Below the pieces are notes generated by a model, which saw only the letters and a list, made by a program, of their open reading frames with translations, ran no database searches and was not told where the DNA came from. Shown piece by piece: positions 1-30,690 of a DNA stretch of 64,000 nt. How positions within the stretch are numbered: the stretch's first letter is position 1; each line of letters opens with the position of its first letter. Source of the stretch: Macrostomum lignano (lineage: Eukaryota). The stretch lies in the NCBI GenBank assembly GCA_002269645.1, contig NIVC01001803.1:1-64000 (forward strand), given 5' to 3'. Position numbers and translations under genes: made by a program.

Positions 1-275
1 ATTTGTAGTTTCATTGTATTGTGAGCTCATAACTGAAGCCTGGATTTTGGGGGATTAACACACCTTTATTATCAAAAGTTTGAATCTTAAAATAATTTCC
101 CGCCTTGTCTGTAATTGTCTGTTTCAAATTAGCTTTAAATAATCAAGCTGAGACAGTAGCAAGTCTTAAAATACGTTGCAAAGTTTCTTCCTGTGCTATG
201 CCAGATGTTCAGATGGTCTTCAGCTCCACCATCAGTGTAAAAGCATAAAAGGAAGGAGTAAATCTTATATAACTC

Positions 276-277
<2 letters not shown>

Positions 278-335
<58 letters not shown>
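278..335. repeat. (AT)n microsatellite
   Basis: Pure AT dinucleotide run. Confidence 0.97.
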
Positions 336-342
<7 letters not shown>

Positions 343-679
343 CATGTTTACGAGTGCAGATTTAAATACGTTTACATAGATACGGATACATATGCACAAA
401 GAAAATAAGTTCCATTAGAATGATCAACATTTGTACCACCCTATTAGTGATAAAATATACAACAATCAGAAGCAGCTATACATCCAGTTTTGCGTATGTT
501 GTGCAGTGATTACTGAATTCCGGCAACAAGCAAGAGAAGCAAGTGGTCAGTCGTGAGGTTAGTATCGGGTTTTGTGTTTTGCTATTTGAAATGCATCGTA
601 ATTACAGTGAGCGTGTAGCAGGTAAACAGAGGTTTAAAAAAGAACGAAAACAACACCGCTAGTCAATTCGACAGTGAGC

Positions 680-17636
<16,957 letters not shown>

Positions 17637-20600
17637 GAAGACAGCAGCGTGTGGATCTGCTGGAAAAGTCTTTAACACTTGTCGATTCACTTCCTTTGGA
17701 GTGATTTGATGATGAGGTATGAGAATTTTCCCCAGAAAGATGGGCGCTTGAATTCCTCAATCGCGGGTCCAGCAGTAGGTGATTCTTTTGTATTAATACA
17801 CTGGATTTGGTCGGTCTAAACATTCAGAGGCCTCAGCCAATCAGAGAGCTCAGGCAGTTGAAGACTTTGAAAATGAAATCCTGAACTCTCAATCACTATT
17901 AAAAGTAATAGCGGCCAACGTTTTTATGTCACAGACTTAATTTTTTACTCAAAGTAGCATCACAGCTTTAAAGTTAGCTCGTAGTTAAGATAAACACCGG
18001 TTCGTACCGTTAGTACTGTTTTAAACGTCACACATACGCCGAAACTTTCTGCGACCTTCAGGGCCTTCTAACCCGTTTCAGCAAGCCACTTCACGCTCCG
18101 GAGCGGCAGTGCTAGCCAACTGAAGAGGTGACGGAAGTCTTTAGTTGCAGGGCTCGTGTTTAAGTGGCTCAAGTCGAAGATTTCGGCTCTTGCCGAACTT
18201 TCGAGTCCGCGAGCTCAATTTAGGATTCGCTGCGAGACTGTGGAAACTGACCGCTCTGTTTTTTATCTCTTTTGCTTCCCAAAAGCTTCGATTTATGCTG
18301 TTTCCATGTCAAGTGTCTTCTGTGAAGCACTGCTGCAGCATAGCTGCTTATTAGAAAGTGCCAGGATGCTTTTCAGTCACTCTGCACCAGTGTGTACAAT
18401 CAATGTTATAGGTTAAGATTACAATTCCGAGTTCGGAGTAGTAATTTATAGTACTGTTATTAGTAGAATTCCATTATCAATTAAAAATCTTCAATAATGA
18501 CAATACGAATACCATGTGCCAGTATCTGCGCAAAGTTTTCTCCCAGTCTTCAAAGAAATATGGAGGGAAGTAGGTTTCCGAGACAAATTTTTCGCCAAGT
18601 ATGAATTTTACGATTCGTACGATAGTACACCGACCTTGCGGCTTGAGAAGTCATTGTACTTTTACATATTCAATCCTGGTTAGACTGATATTGCGCGTAT
18701 TGATACGCGCTAATTAAGCCTTCTTACGTTTGAACAAGCAAAGTTCAAAGCAGTGCGCGCTGAAAGAATCAGGTCACTCTTGTAGTGCGTCGCTCACTAG
18801 AAATTAAATAACCTTACGCTGTACAAAGACAACTTTCAGACGGACAGGCAAGCAGACAGACAAACGGTCTGGGTAGGTTCAGTGCGGCAGGTTATGCAAA
18901 ACTGGGTTAAGCCTGCCAGCTGGACCGGCGCGGACGGAGGTCACATCTGTCACGCAAGACCTCAGCTTGTGTGCTTAGTTGCTAACGGATTACACAAATG
19001 GAATGTGCCTAGACATGCTGACTGCAGAACCCTGGCTGCCCGTAGGTAGATATTATTGTTTTATTAATGAAGCATATGTTCAGACAATTGCAGGGACTGC
19101 AGAGTTGACTCAGCTAGCTAGAAAATGAGCCGGATTTAACTGATGCGATCGCACGGGCTTAGCGCTATCAAATTCCACTGGAGTCAGACAGGTGAGCTAT
19201 GATGAAAAACTGCCTACGAGCTAATGCGATATTTTAGCATATAATATCGTCTTAACAACTATTTTTATAATTTCTAACTTTTCCTGCAAGTTTGAAATAA
19301 TCTCTGTAAAAATATCCTTTTCTGCTGCCTCGAATTCCTTCTATACTACTCATATGAGACAAGCTAAGTAGCTAGGTTAGCTACGAAAGTTAACGTTTTT
19401 CCAAGTGGCAATACGCGCAAAATGTTCGATAATTTTTGCAAGTTTCTACAGGTCACCTGTCTGTTGAACGACAGGTAACTCAACGTTTCCAGAATCTCAA
19501 ACAGAAACAAACTACTAGTAGAAGAAACCTAAAACTGAAGGAAGTTCTACTCACTATTTGAAGGTTCCACAATCAAGCCATGCACGGCTCTTTAGCTTGA
19601 TGTGCCATACACCTGTTTTGCCAACTCCCGAACGGCTCGAGAATAGCTCTAGTTCCAACATGGTTCTAGTTCCGGTTTGCTTCTAAACCTTCAGAAAATT
19701 TACAAGCCCATTCTGAGAGAGTATCGCGAAATGAAGCTGAACGAATCAACTCAACAGGTTGGTTTTGGTGCGCTCTGTACTCTATCGAGAATCGCACATT
19801 GAAGAGCGAATGTCTACAGGTTTTGCAAAAAATACCGCTCATTCTATATGTTTAATCTGGCCCCAGTGAAACTGAAACCCATCAGTTCGCAAGTTTATAA
19901 CATTAGCAGTGTTGGGGAATTCATACATATCCCGCTGACTGCTCTGGCGCCACCGCTGTACAACAGCTCCAAGCCGAACCTCATCAACTTTGTCGGTCTG
20001 GCGCTGCGCCTGTCTGAGCTTCTCGCCTCAGGTTTTATTGAGAGAAAGCGTGAAGCAATTCGCTACTTAACAATCAATGTTGAATAATTCAATGGGTTTT
20101 GACTGCAGTGACGACGAGGAGTTTTACCAGCTTTAGAAAGCGACCGGTGCAGTGAAAACACGGACAAATGTGTGGTACCATGCTTTCATGCCTCTGGTTA
20201 ACGACCTTCTGACCAATGAAGTTGCTACTGAAGCTTTCAAGTCCTTCTGGAATTCAACGAGTCATCGCAGACGCGAGCTGAGCCACTTCTGCGAGATCCA
20301 AGATGGCGACAATCACTGGATGATGTTTTTCTTCGTGGCAGCATCTGAATTTCGGTGCAGCCACAAATTCTACACAACAAGGATGTCAACTTGATGAAGG
20401 CTTTAGACTTGAGTTTTGACATGGTGCAATAGCAAACGACGAAGACTTTCTGCCAGGGTTGCCAGAGTTCTGAAATATATTTTAAACTGCAACACCCGGT
20501 CCTGGTCCGGTAACCAGGAAGCCGAGATGCTCTTTTTGGGAAAAACTTCTGAGCGTTTTGCGAGACTGTACAACTCTTGTATGATTGCTTACTTACTGTG

Positions 20601-22617
20601 CTTGTATCACGCCGACTTTGTGAAAATTCTACGTGGTGCAACATATGTGGATAAATATCCTTTCGATTGAGCAAACAAGTACAGCGACCTGAGCACCAAA
20701 TCAGCTTCAGAAATGACAATTTGAATAATCATACTTAAAAAATCGATAGAATAAACAACATTGTTTGGAGTTTCATCTAGGAAGGCAAGCTATGTTCTGC
20801 TATATTTGCGGCGGTTCTGGAATTCGAAAACCAATCAAATGTCATTTCTTAATTGATTCCATGCCTGATATACGGGACTAAGCTTTAACTTGACAATAGT
20901 TTTCAATTATAGCGATGCTGCGAAACTATATCAAAACCAGATAAAGTGAATGAGTTCACTAAGACACAACTGGCCATATCAAAATCTCTATGTGAATACA
21001 TAGCATACTCTATGTTCAGGTAATCAAGGAAGCCAATGGTAAGTTAAAAGTAATGGCTGTGATTGCTTTGCTGCTGGAGGTTCCTCTAACTAAGAGAGAA
21101 TGACTACTGGATTGAGACAGCATCTCACTGAGGAGTCGGCAGGCGGTCTCCAACGTAGGCTCGTATCGACTCGACGCAACTGCATCACCCGAAAACGAGA
21201 TTTGAGATTTACTTTTTTGTTTCTTAGCTCGTATGTAGCTTTATATTTATGCAATTATCGTCCCAATGTTGATTGTAAGTAAAATGGAATTTTCATATGA
21301 CCCAGTAACCCAATACTTGGTCTATACTGTTTACATTTTGAATAACAAGTTCACAGTTCACAGTTGACGCTATAAATAAAGATCCGAAGCTGGCGCTACC
21401 AGATAGAGATCAGCAGTGCTCTGCAAAACACAACGAACAAGTCGGGTGCCAAACACAGCCTGGCTGCTTGCAGTGGCCCACCGGAAAAGCCTCACTGTCG
21501 GTGCAGCAGTGGTTCTGCCGCAAATTTCTGGTGTTTACAATAAGCTCAGAGTCAAACCTTTGCTGTTCGTCTTCTTAAAAGTAAGCTGTGTGTATCTCTG
21601 TGAAGGATTTTGACAGTTTCTGGCTGTTTTAGCTTATTGAAAACTGATGACAAGAGCTGTAACCTGAATTATGAAAATGGCTGCATCTTCAGAATAATCT
21701 CAAACTGTCATCTCTTCCCAGCTTACAGTTTCATTCTCTGAGACTCGTGGTGTAACTCGCATCTTATCGCCGCTCGTGCCAAAGTCCGTTGCCTTGAAAT
21801 TATTTAACTCTGAATTTCAATGAACTCAATGGAGTTTCAACAAGTATATTGTCACAGCCGACGTGCGGCTATAATGTACGCAATCGTTGGAGGGGCCAGT
21901 GCTAGTGCACGTTGGTCGAGAGGGCTATAGCTAAACGTTGAGTCAAAGAAAAGCGTAAAGACAATGAAGGGCTCCATCCCATGGTACAGTTTGTATATCA
22001 AATTGGCTGCTACGCCTTCCTGGTGGTGGCACCTGTGCGCAATGGCCTCCTCGCTTGCGTTCATCACGTGTTTTTTTAATACTTTTGTGACTCAGCAGAT
22101 AACAAAAACAAAAAAGGTAGCGATGCCCTGTAAATGTGTCTAAAAATAGGAGCAGAGTAACAGTAGGGCTTAAAGGCGAATAAAGGCTCTAAGATAGCTG
22201 GTATTCACATGCATTCACACTCGCACTCACATTCTCGCTACCTGGTGCCATTTTTCATCTTAATTGTACAAGCCAATAGCCACCAAAAATATTTCTTTTT
22301 TGATTGCTACGAAAGCTAAAGTTTCTCAGTGTGAAATTAACTGCGGCATATATGAAAAGTTCATAGAACATAAATTTGAGTTGGAATTTTTCTTCAAAGA
22401 AAACCAACAGTAAAAAATTGTATGACAAAAAGACAATGTCAGCAAGTAGACTGTGGTAACCACGGCAACATGAAAAGAAACTATAGGCCCGTACAGGGCA
22501 CAAGTCTTAATGAGCAAGGCCAAATTCAAATATAGCTAAAGCTTCCAGTTCAAGTGAAACACATTGCAAGCCAAGCTGAGAGAGTCAGCCTCAAAAAGTG
22601 CACTGACAAGGTTCGTT

Positions 22618-25290
22618 TTATTTTCTATCGCCAAAAAGTGCAAAGGGAAAATCCTTCCGCATACGCTTCCCTCCCGTCAGGAACTCGTGCTCCAGCAGCT
22701 CCTGTGCTGAGCTTCTCTTCCGGTAGTCTTTAGTGGTGCAGCGGCTGTAGAAATCCTGAAGCTCTGCGGACCGGCCGTCTGGCAGGGCGGGGGCGCCCCT
22801 CCTGTCGATCAGCTGGGCCATTTCTAACAGGCTTTTGGCGTTCGCGAACGGCCTCACGCCGGAGGCCATCTGGAAGACCGAGCAGCCGAACGCCCAGATG
22901 TCCGACTCTCTGCTGTACTGCACGCTGTCCGACTCTCCCGCTCCGAGCAGCTCTGGCGCCATGAAGTTCAGAGTGCCTTTGGGTAGCGATTGAGAGGAGG
23001 CTGAGATGTGGCTGATTGACAGCTCCAGCTTGATTGACAGGCCGAAGTCGATCAGCTTGATTCGCGTGTTGTCAGCACAAACAATTATGTTCGAGCAGTT
23101 GATGTCTCTGTGGATCACGGGCGGCTGCCCGCTGTGCAGGTAGAGCAGCGCGCGGCAGATCTGCGAGCGGTCGGTCAGTGAGCAGTCATCATTCATGGAA
23201 ACATGGAACAGGAGACTGCGAGGGAGGAGGTTCGCTCCCTCCCCCGCAGAGACTGGCGCTCCCTCCCCGCATCAAGGATGCACAATGGTCACCTGCTCGC
23301 TGAAGTCTCGAATCGTCAGCTCGTCCAGCGGCTTGCTGTCGATAAGCCTCTCCAAGCTTCGGCCGTCCAGCAGCTCCATGAACACAACGACTGTGGCGGG
23401 CTCCGGCTGAGCGATGTGCAAGAACGTGACGATGTTGGGATGCCGCAGTCGGCACAGGTTTCTCTCGTTCTCGACAGCTCTATGGATCTCTGTGCTCACA
23501 GAGGTTTGGTCATCACCGAGCTTCACAGGCAGTCTGAGAGTCTTGGCAGCGCACGTGACGCCCGTGTCAGTTCGAACTTCGTGAACTTCGCCGAAGCCTC
23601 CGCGGCCGATGAGGCTAACGGCGTCCCAGCGCTCCCGGAACGGTGGGCCTTCGGGTCTGAAGAGAGGCAAATTGAGTTAAGAATTTCTTCGGCAGTTCAA
23701 GAGTATGCTTACATACATGTGTCTGCGCTGAAGAAACTCACGGAGGCTTATCGAAAAATGTCTCGTCTTTGAGCCTGAAACGTGTAGAAATTTGAATCGT
23801 GTTTTGCAAACAATCAAGCTTTCGAAATAATCTTCGTGTTCTTATCTTGGTCTGTGGGATGCTGAGCAATGCCGGTTGGTGATATTGGTACAACATTTTC
23901 ATCAAAACTCACCCTCGAAGCAGCTCAGCCAGTTCGCTCTTTCCTTTCTTTCTGGCCAAATCAAACGCAGTCATGCCATAGCAGTCCTTGAGACTCCAAT
24001 TTGAGCCTGAGTCCAACAGAACCCGACCGACTGCAGCGGCGGTGTGGAGCGGTCCCGAGAAAGCAGCCCACATGAGCGGTGTGAACTCAGCTCGTTCCCT
24101 GGCGTTGGCGGAGGCTCCGGCAGCCAGCAGAGCGGAGGCTGCTACAGAATTCCCGGCCTTGGCTGCCTGGTGCAGGCAATTCTCAGCCAATATATCCGCA
24201 CAGGTGGGGTCACCCAGCTGTACCAGCTGCTCCCACAGAGCCTCATCACTGCACGAGCTGTTTTGAGCTGCCCACATCAATGCGGTTTGACCCCAATCAT
24301 TGGGCAAATCAGAATTACCGCGGGTCGCCGCTCGCCGCAGTCCCGCGAGTCGCCTGCCCTCACCAGCCGCTGCAGTTCCTGTCGATCCGCCTCTTCCTGC
24401 AAAGGCGAGCGGGAAATTTGAGCACAGCTGCTCAGCTGCAGCCGCATCGGCACCGAATATGCCGCTCACCTGGGCTGTCAGGCCGGAGATCCTGCCACCG
24501 ACATCCACAGCCAGGCGCATCTCGCTGCAGCAAAAAGGAAAGTAAAATGCGTTTTCTAATTGAACCCTTCCAGGAAATGTTTCATGATGAACTTTTAAGC
24601 TGTAATTTGGTTCTCTTCTCTCATACAGCCAATATTGTGATTATGAAAATGTGAGCTATTTCTGAACGATTAAGCAGAACTTGACGGACACAGTAGCGAA
24701 CTGCTCACTTACCGCTTGATGTAGCTGGCCAGCTCTGAGTGGCCGCTGAGCCTCGCCAGGTCCGACGCCGTCCGACCCTCGCGATCCTTCAGTCCGAACA
24801 GCTGCAACCTTTTTGAGTTTCCCTGCTTCCAGCAATCACTAAACCTCTGCTGCCTGAGCAGGTGCAGCAGTTGCTTGGCGCATTTCCAGCTTCCAGTCCG
24901 CGCCGCCTCCATCAGCGGAGTGGCGCCGTAATCGTTCAGCAGCCACTTCGCATCGAACGACAGCAGCGTCAGCAGCCGCAGGTGGTCCCGACGGGCTGCC
25001 ATGTGCGCAGCCGTGTCGCCGTTCGCGTCAGCCGCCTTGGGATTCGCGCCCAGCTCAAATAAATACAAGATGCACTTTTCAGTGTGCACGGGAGTCTCAG
25101 GAGCGTCGGCCACCAGCATGAGGACGGTCCGACGAGCTGCATCAGCGCTGGTGACCAGCTGGCGCGTTGCCAGCCGCCGTACCTGTCCGAAGTCACCTCG
25201 GATGACGTCGTTGGCGAGAGTCTGGAGATCGGCTGGTGAGTCTCCGACGCTTGCCCGGTTGCTGGGGTCCGGCTGAGTGAGTTTCTGCAA
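22618..25290 (-). CDS. Ankyrin-repeat plus Ser/Thr kinase gene, copy A (first exon not found; 1-nt deletion in second ANK exon)
   Basis: Exons 24713-25290 (ANK), 24470-24524, 23913-24396 (ANK; 484 nt, 485 needed), 23742-23774 (33-nt micro-exon), 23293-23656 (GRGGFG, CAAK), 22618-23160 (HRDINCSN, DFG, GTLNFMAPE, SDIWAFG). Intron phases match at every junction. Confidence 0.8.
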
Positions 25291-28277
25291 CTGCAATTGA
25301 GGCACCCAAGCTGCACATTCAAAGATTTTTAAGTACGTCTACATCTAATCGTATATGCTTCTAATCATCTAATAAAGTCGATATTAGATAGGTTTCTCTC
25401 GATCTTCAACCCTTAGCATGAATGTCATATTTCTACAGTTTCTCTGATCGTTACAGCTTTAAACAGATGTTAAACAGGCAATTTTATAAAACAATTAAGT
25501 GAAAAGGAGAGCCAAACACACTTTTTTGTACTTCAATATCTTGACATGTTTTCAGCTGATATCTGAGTTAGGCCGAGATATTGGAGTCTAGACTCGATTC
25601 GTCAGTCTTTTTATTTTAAGGTGGTGGTGAGGTGATTACTCTGGATATCGTCAGAATAGATTACTTTAGACTAGGAGTTCAGAAGGTAAGTTTGAGTAGG
25701 AGAGCGATAGGGAGAGAGCGAGTGAAAAAGGAGGAGTAGCAGAAAGAGAAAAAGGAGCGAGAGCTTCCTTCTCACTGAACGCTACCGTTAGATGTGTTCT
25801 AACGCTTGACGCACTGGGATCTTTACTGTGACACAAGCATGTGCTGTGTGTTCCAGATAGAAAAAACCTTCTGATGTTCGCATTAGACTAAAGCATAGAA
25901 CTGGGCATAAGCTAGAAGTAGGATCACTTAAATTTGAGTGAGTTCTTGCAGCTGAAATTGACACACCCTGTGACCTACATCTAAGCATAGAAGTTTTTTG
26001 AGTAGACTTGAATTTACGAGCTACCGGAGTTACTAATCGTCAATTTCTGTGGCTTCAACTTACCGCATAGTCAGGGAACTCAGCAGTTACTTCTTCGTCT
26101 TCCCAAGTGGAATTTGAATCGTCTGAAGAGCTTGACATGGCACAGCGCGGGCTGCTTGTTGATGCAAGATGTGTCAGCAGCTCTGTGTCTGACAGGACAG
26201 AGACCTCCTGTGTTGCTAATTTTATAGCCTTGGCTGCCTGTGGCGGATTGGCTAAAATATTTTTCCCTCTTTCTTTTGCTGTGTACTACTCTGAGCAGTA
26301 TAGGCTGCAGTACTACTTATAATGATGCATATTTTATAACACTTAGTTGCTGTGCTGTGAAACAATAACAAGAGCTCCACTCGACTCACCGGTTTTTTTA
26401 ATTAGTACCAGTAGCAGCTTCTTTCTGCCTCTCCCAGCCTCCATTTTTTCTTCATCTGTACAAGCTCAGATTGAGCAGTAGAAGGTAAAACTGATGCGGC
26501 AGAGATGCTGAGCTCATTCGACAAGGAGAGGCGGGTGCACAACAGGTGAACTTTGTGCAGGGGTTTTTGGACAATGAGGCAAAGCTAATGAGGCCCCATT
26601 GTGTGCAGCCGCTGCATCTCCTTCTGTCTCTCCATTCTCTGTGCAGCGCCCAGCAATGAGTTGAGGGCTGCGGAGCCCGTGCTTGCAGTGGCGGCCTGAG
26701 AACTGGTGCGGTGCTCTGAGTCCTGTGCCAGCTGTGGCTGGGACTGAAACTCAGAATCTCGAGAACAGCAAATATTTTAATATCAAAGATATGTAGTATT
26801 CTATTTACAGAATAATTTAAATTGAAACTAGCAACTCAAAAAATAAATTGACATGACGCTACTGAATTTAATTACTGGATCGGGACTGAGAGTTTAAATA
26901 TGAAAAAAACAGAATTCAGTCTAAAAGTACATCTCTGAAACCAGTTCATTCAACGGACTTGGCTAACTTGACTAACAATTGGATTGCCTGCTCTCGGAGG
27001 CTGCGATCTCAGCCCCATCTCATTCTGCATCATTTAGAGCTGCCAGCTTCCTCACTGTAGAGGCTCCTCACTCAGCTTTCCCGTTCCCAATCAGACTCCA
27101 GCTCAGACTCCGCACACTCCGCCCAATAAACACTTAGCTAAAGAAGCAAAAGTGCAACTGGCTTTGCAATGCAATCTCTGCCTCCGCCCGTCATCTCCGA
27201 GCACAGAAACGAAGGTGCAGTGAGGGGGCAGGTAGGGTGCTCAAGCACAATGCAGAGTCTCCATTGTGTAAGGCTGGGGCTGCAACTCATTCGGAAGCAG
27301 CCGCCACTGCAGCCTCAGACAGGTCAGGTGTGCGCTGCTCATCCTGCAGCCTCATCGCTATGAGCATCGGCAAGAAGTGGAAACTCAGTGGCTGCTCAGG
27401 GCGCACAGCTCGCGCCTCGCTGCTCAGAGGGAGGGCGGCTGCCCCCCCCCCCAGCTTGAGCCGCCCCTCCAGCATCATCTCATTCTACATCATTTAGAGC
27501 TGCCAGCCTCCTCACTGAAAAGGCTCTGAGCAGCTGATTGTGTCTCCGCACTGACCGCCTTCTGCTCTCATGAAATGCTGCTTTCTATCTCAAATTTGCA
27601 TTGCCGGGCTGTCTGCCACTTAGTAAATAAATTTTGAAACTTTTATTGCTGTAGCTCGTAAATTTAATATTTTTTTTATTTTTACATTAAATTAAAGTGC
27701 AGCAGAGTCATTGGATCATGTTTATAGTTTCATCTAGTTTTATAGTTTTTAGTTTCATACTTTACATTTTTATTCTACACAAAAAGTTTTTTTGTTTATA
27801 ATACTGGCAAAGATTTTAGTAGTAGTATATCAATCATTAGTTTAAACATGCATCATATTAATTTAATAAAATTTTACAAATTCGCGTCATAAAGTACCTT
27901 GATATCGGCCTATTTTTATATAATGCACTGGTACTTGTTACCCGCACTGTGTTTAGATGCATTTTTATGTAGAGACAAGCTGTTGAAACCCGCGGATTTT
28001 GAACCCAGTGAATTCCAATACCCGAAACTATTTTTGCATATATTCTGGAATCTGAGGCCATACTCAAACAAAAACTTGTTAAAAGTTAGTAGGATAGAGG
28101 TAAACATAAAAAAGAGTTCATTCGTGTAAAATTAGGATTTGAGGCAAACATGGATATTGTTGGCTGGGGTGCTGCGGAGAATGTCGGGCAATGTCTGTCT
28201 GACTCTAAAACATGTAATGGCAAACTCTGGCCTCTGCCTGACTCTCCCTACGTACCTTGGATCCTTTGAAAAATCTA

Positions 28278-29025
28278 TCTTCTCTTCTGTTTCCTCTCTT
28301 CTCTCTCGTCCCTCGTCTCTCCTCTCTGCTCTCTCTCCTCTCCTTTCTTCTCTTTTTCCTCTCTCCTCTCTCCCCTCTTCTCTCGTATCTTCCTTCACCT
28401 CTCTTCTCTCTCGTCTTTATTTGCTCTCTGTTCTCTCCTTTCTCTTCTCTCTCTTCGCTTTTATCTCTTTTCATTTCTCTCTGCTTCCCCCTCTCTCTCT
28501 TATCTCTCCTCTCCCATCTTTCTTCTCCTCTCTACTCTCGCCCCTCTCCATTCTCCTCTTTTCTCTCCTCTCTTCTCACTCACTTCTCTCTCCCTTTGTT
28601 TCTTCTCTCGTCTCTGTAATCTCTTCTCTCTTCTCTCTTCTCTCTCCTCTGTTTTCTCTATTCTCCCATTTCTCGTCTGTTCATTTTCGTCTCTGCTCTC
28701 AGCTCATCCCCCTCTTTCATGTCATCTTTACTGTCTTATATGTTCTCTCATTCTGTCCTCTGTACTCTTTTCTTTCCCCTCTTTTGTCTCCTCACTTTCC
28801 TTTCTCCTTTCTTCTCTTCTCTTCTCTTCCCTCTTCTATATACTCTCTCCCTCTCTTGTCTCGTCTCTTCTCTCTCCACTCTTCTCCTTTATCTCTCATC
28901 TCTCAATTCTCATCTCTCCTTACACCTCTCTCATCTGTACAACCTTATCTCTTCTCTCTTCCATCTACTCTCCTCTCATCTCTTCTTTCACCTCTTTACT
29001 AACTCCTCTCTGCTCTCCTCTCAGA
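28278..29025. repeat. CT-rich low-complexity (polypyrimidine) tract
   Basis: Degenerate CTCTT/TCTC runs. Confidence 0.9.
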
Positions 29026-29962
29026 CAGACCCACAGACAAACAACGCAGATATTCTTTTTTGTTTATATTGTTGCTTAGTGCTCTGACTGCTAATTAAAT
29101 ATTCACTAGTGTGTCTCACGGCAGCTCAATGTTCAACTCTGCCGTTAAATATCTTATACTCTATGAACATCCAGTGTATTTATTAGTGCTCACTTATTTA
29201 TTCATAATCTTCAGATGTCGCCTCTCCTCACTGAACTTTTCACGTGTCTTTTCTTCTATCTTCTCACCACTCTCACTCATCTTCACCCATCTCCCTTTTC
29301 CCACATCTCCCTCTCAACTATCTCCCTGTCACTGTCTCACTATCTCACTGTCACTGTCCCTCTCCCTCTCCTTCATTTCGAGCTTCTCTGCGCTCCGCTC
29401 GCAACAGCTCTCAGCAACAATTAGCAACTGTCTCTTCAGGACAGAGCTGATGAGGCACCGCTGTGTGCAGCTGGGCTGTTTTGTGCAGCCTCTGCATCTC
29501 CTTCTGTCTCTCCTTGCTCTGAGGCGCCCAGCCGTGAGTTGGGGGTTTTAGTTGGGGCTGCGAAAAAACAAGGCATCTACTCGCCCCGACCCCAGCAATC
29601 CAAGTAGCTGCAGACCGCCGAGCTCGATGCCCAGAGCACAATTGCAAAGCTGAGGTTTGAGGGCCGAGCCAGCAGCCTGCGGACGCGTGACAAAAGAAGA
29701 CTCGCCTCAGCAAATGCTTTGGGGGGTTGGGGGGGGGTTGATGGCTGCTTGAGCGCTTACCCTACCCCGCTCAAACCATTCACTGCTTTTGCATTGTGCC
29801 TGTGCGTTCTCGTTGACTGTAAAATTCGCTGCCTTTGGTATTCGGTACTGGGGGTTTTCAGATGCGAGCCTCGAAGTCACAATTGGGCTTTGGAGGCCAG
29901 TGCGATTGAAATTCTGTCTGCCATGTAAACAGAATAAGGCAAGGAAAATGATACGTGCTGTA

Positions 29963-30690
29963 GGCTGGGACTGGGGCTTGGACTGGAGCTGGGGCTGGGA
30001 CTGTAGCTGGGGCTGGGGCTGGGGCTGGAGCTGGAGCTGGGGCTGGGACTGTAGCTGGGGCTGGGGCTGGAGCTGGAGCTGGGGCTGGGACTGTAGCTGG
30101 GGCTGGGGCTGGAGCTGGGGCTGGGACTGGAGCTGGGGCTGGGGCTGGAGCTGAGGCTGGGACTGGAGCTGGGGCTGGGACTGGGGCTTGGACTGGAGCT
30201 GGGGCTGGGACTGGAGCTGGGGCTGGGGCTGGGGCTGGAGCTGGAGCTGGGGCTGGGACTGTAGCTGGGGCTGGGGCTGGAGCTGGGGCTGGGACTGGAG
30301 CTGGGGCTGGGGTTGGAGCTGAGGCTGGGACTGGAGCTGGGGCTGGGGCTGGGGCTGGGAGTGGAGCTGGGGCTGGGACTGAAGCTAGGGCTGGGACTGG
30401 GGCTGGAGCTGGTGCTGGGACTGGAGCTGGAGCTGGGACTGGGGCTGGAGCTGGGACTGGAGCTGGGGCTGGGACTGGAGCTGGGGCTGGGACTGAGGCT
30501 GGAGCTGGGGCTGGAGCTGGGGCTGGAGCTGGGGCTGGAGCTGGGGCTGGAGCTGGGGCTGGAGCTGGGGCTGGAGCTGGGGCTGGAGCTGGGGCTGGAG
30601 CTGGGGCTGGAGCTGGGGCTGGGATTTGGACTGGGGCTGGTGCTGGGAATGGAGCTGGGGCTGGAGCTGGGGCTGGGACTGGAGACTGGG
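29963..30690. repeat. Hexamer satellite GG(G/A)GCT / GGGACT
   Basis: About 120 hexamers with higher-order variants. Confidence 0.95.

Noticed and set aside
20090-20720. Coding-like fragments (MKTRTNVWYHAF..., others at 4299-4637, 9924-10124, 10735-11070)
   Set aside because: Short, interrupted, with no recognisable domain or splice support.
28139-29087. Leu/Ser-rich membrane-protein-like ORFs
   Set aside because: CT-rich low-complexity tract; the composition explains the apparent hydrophobicity.
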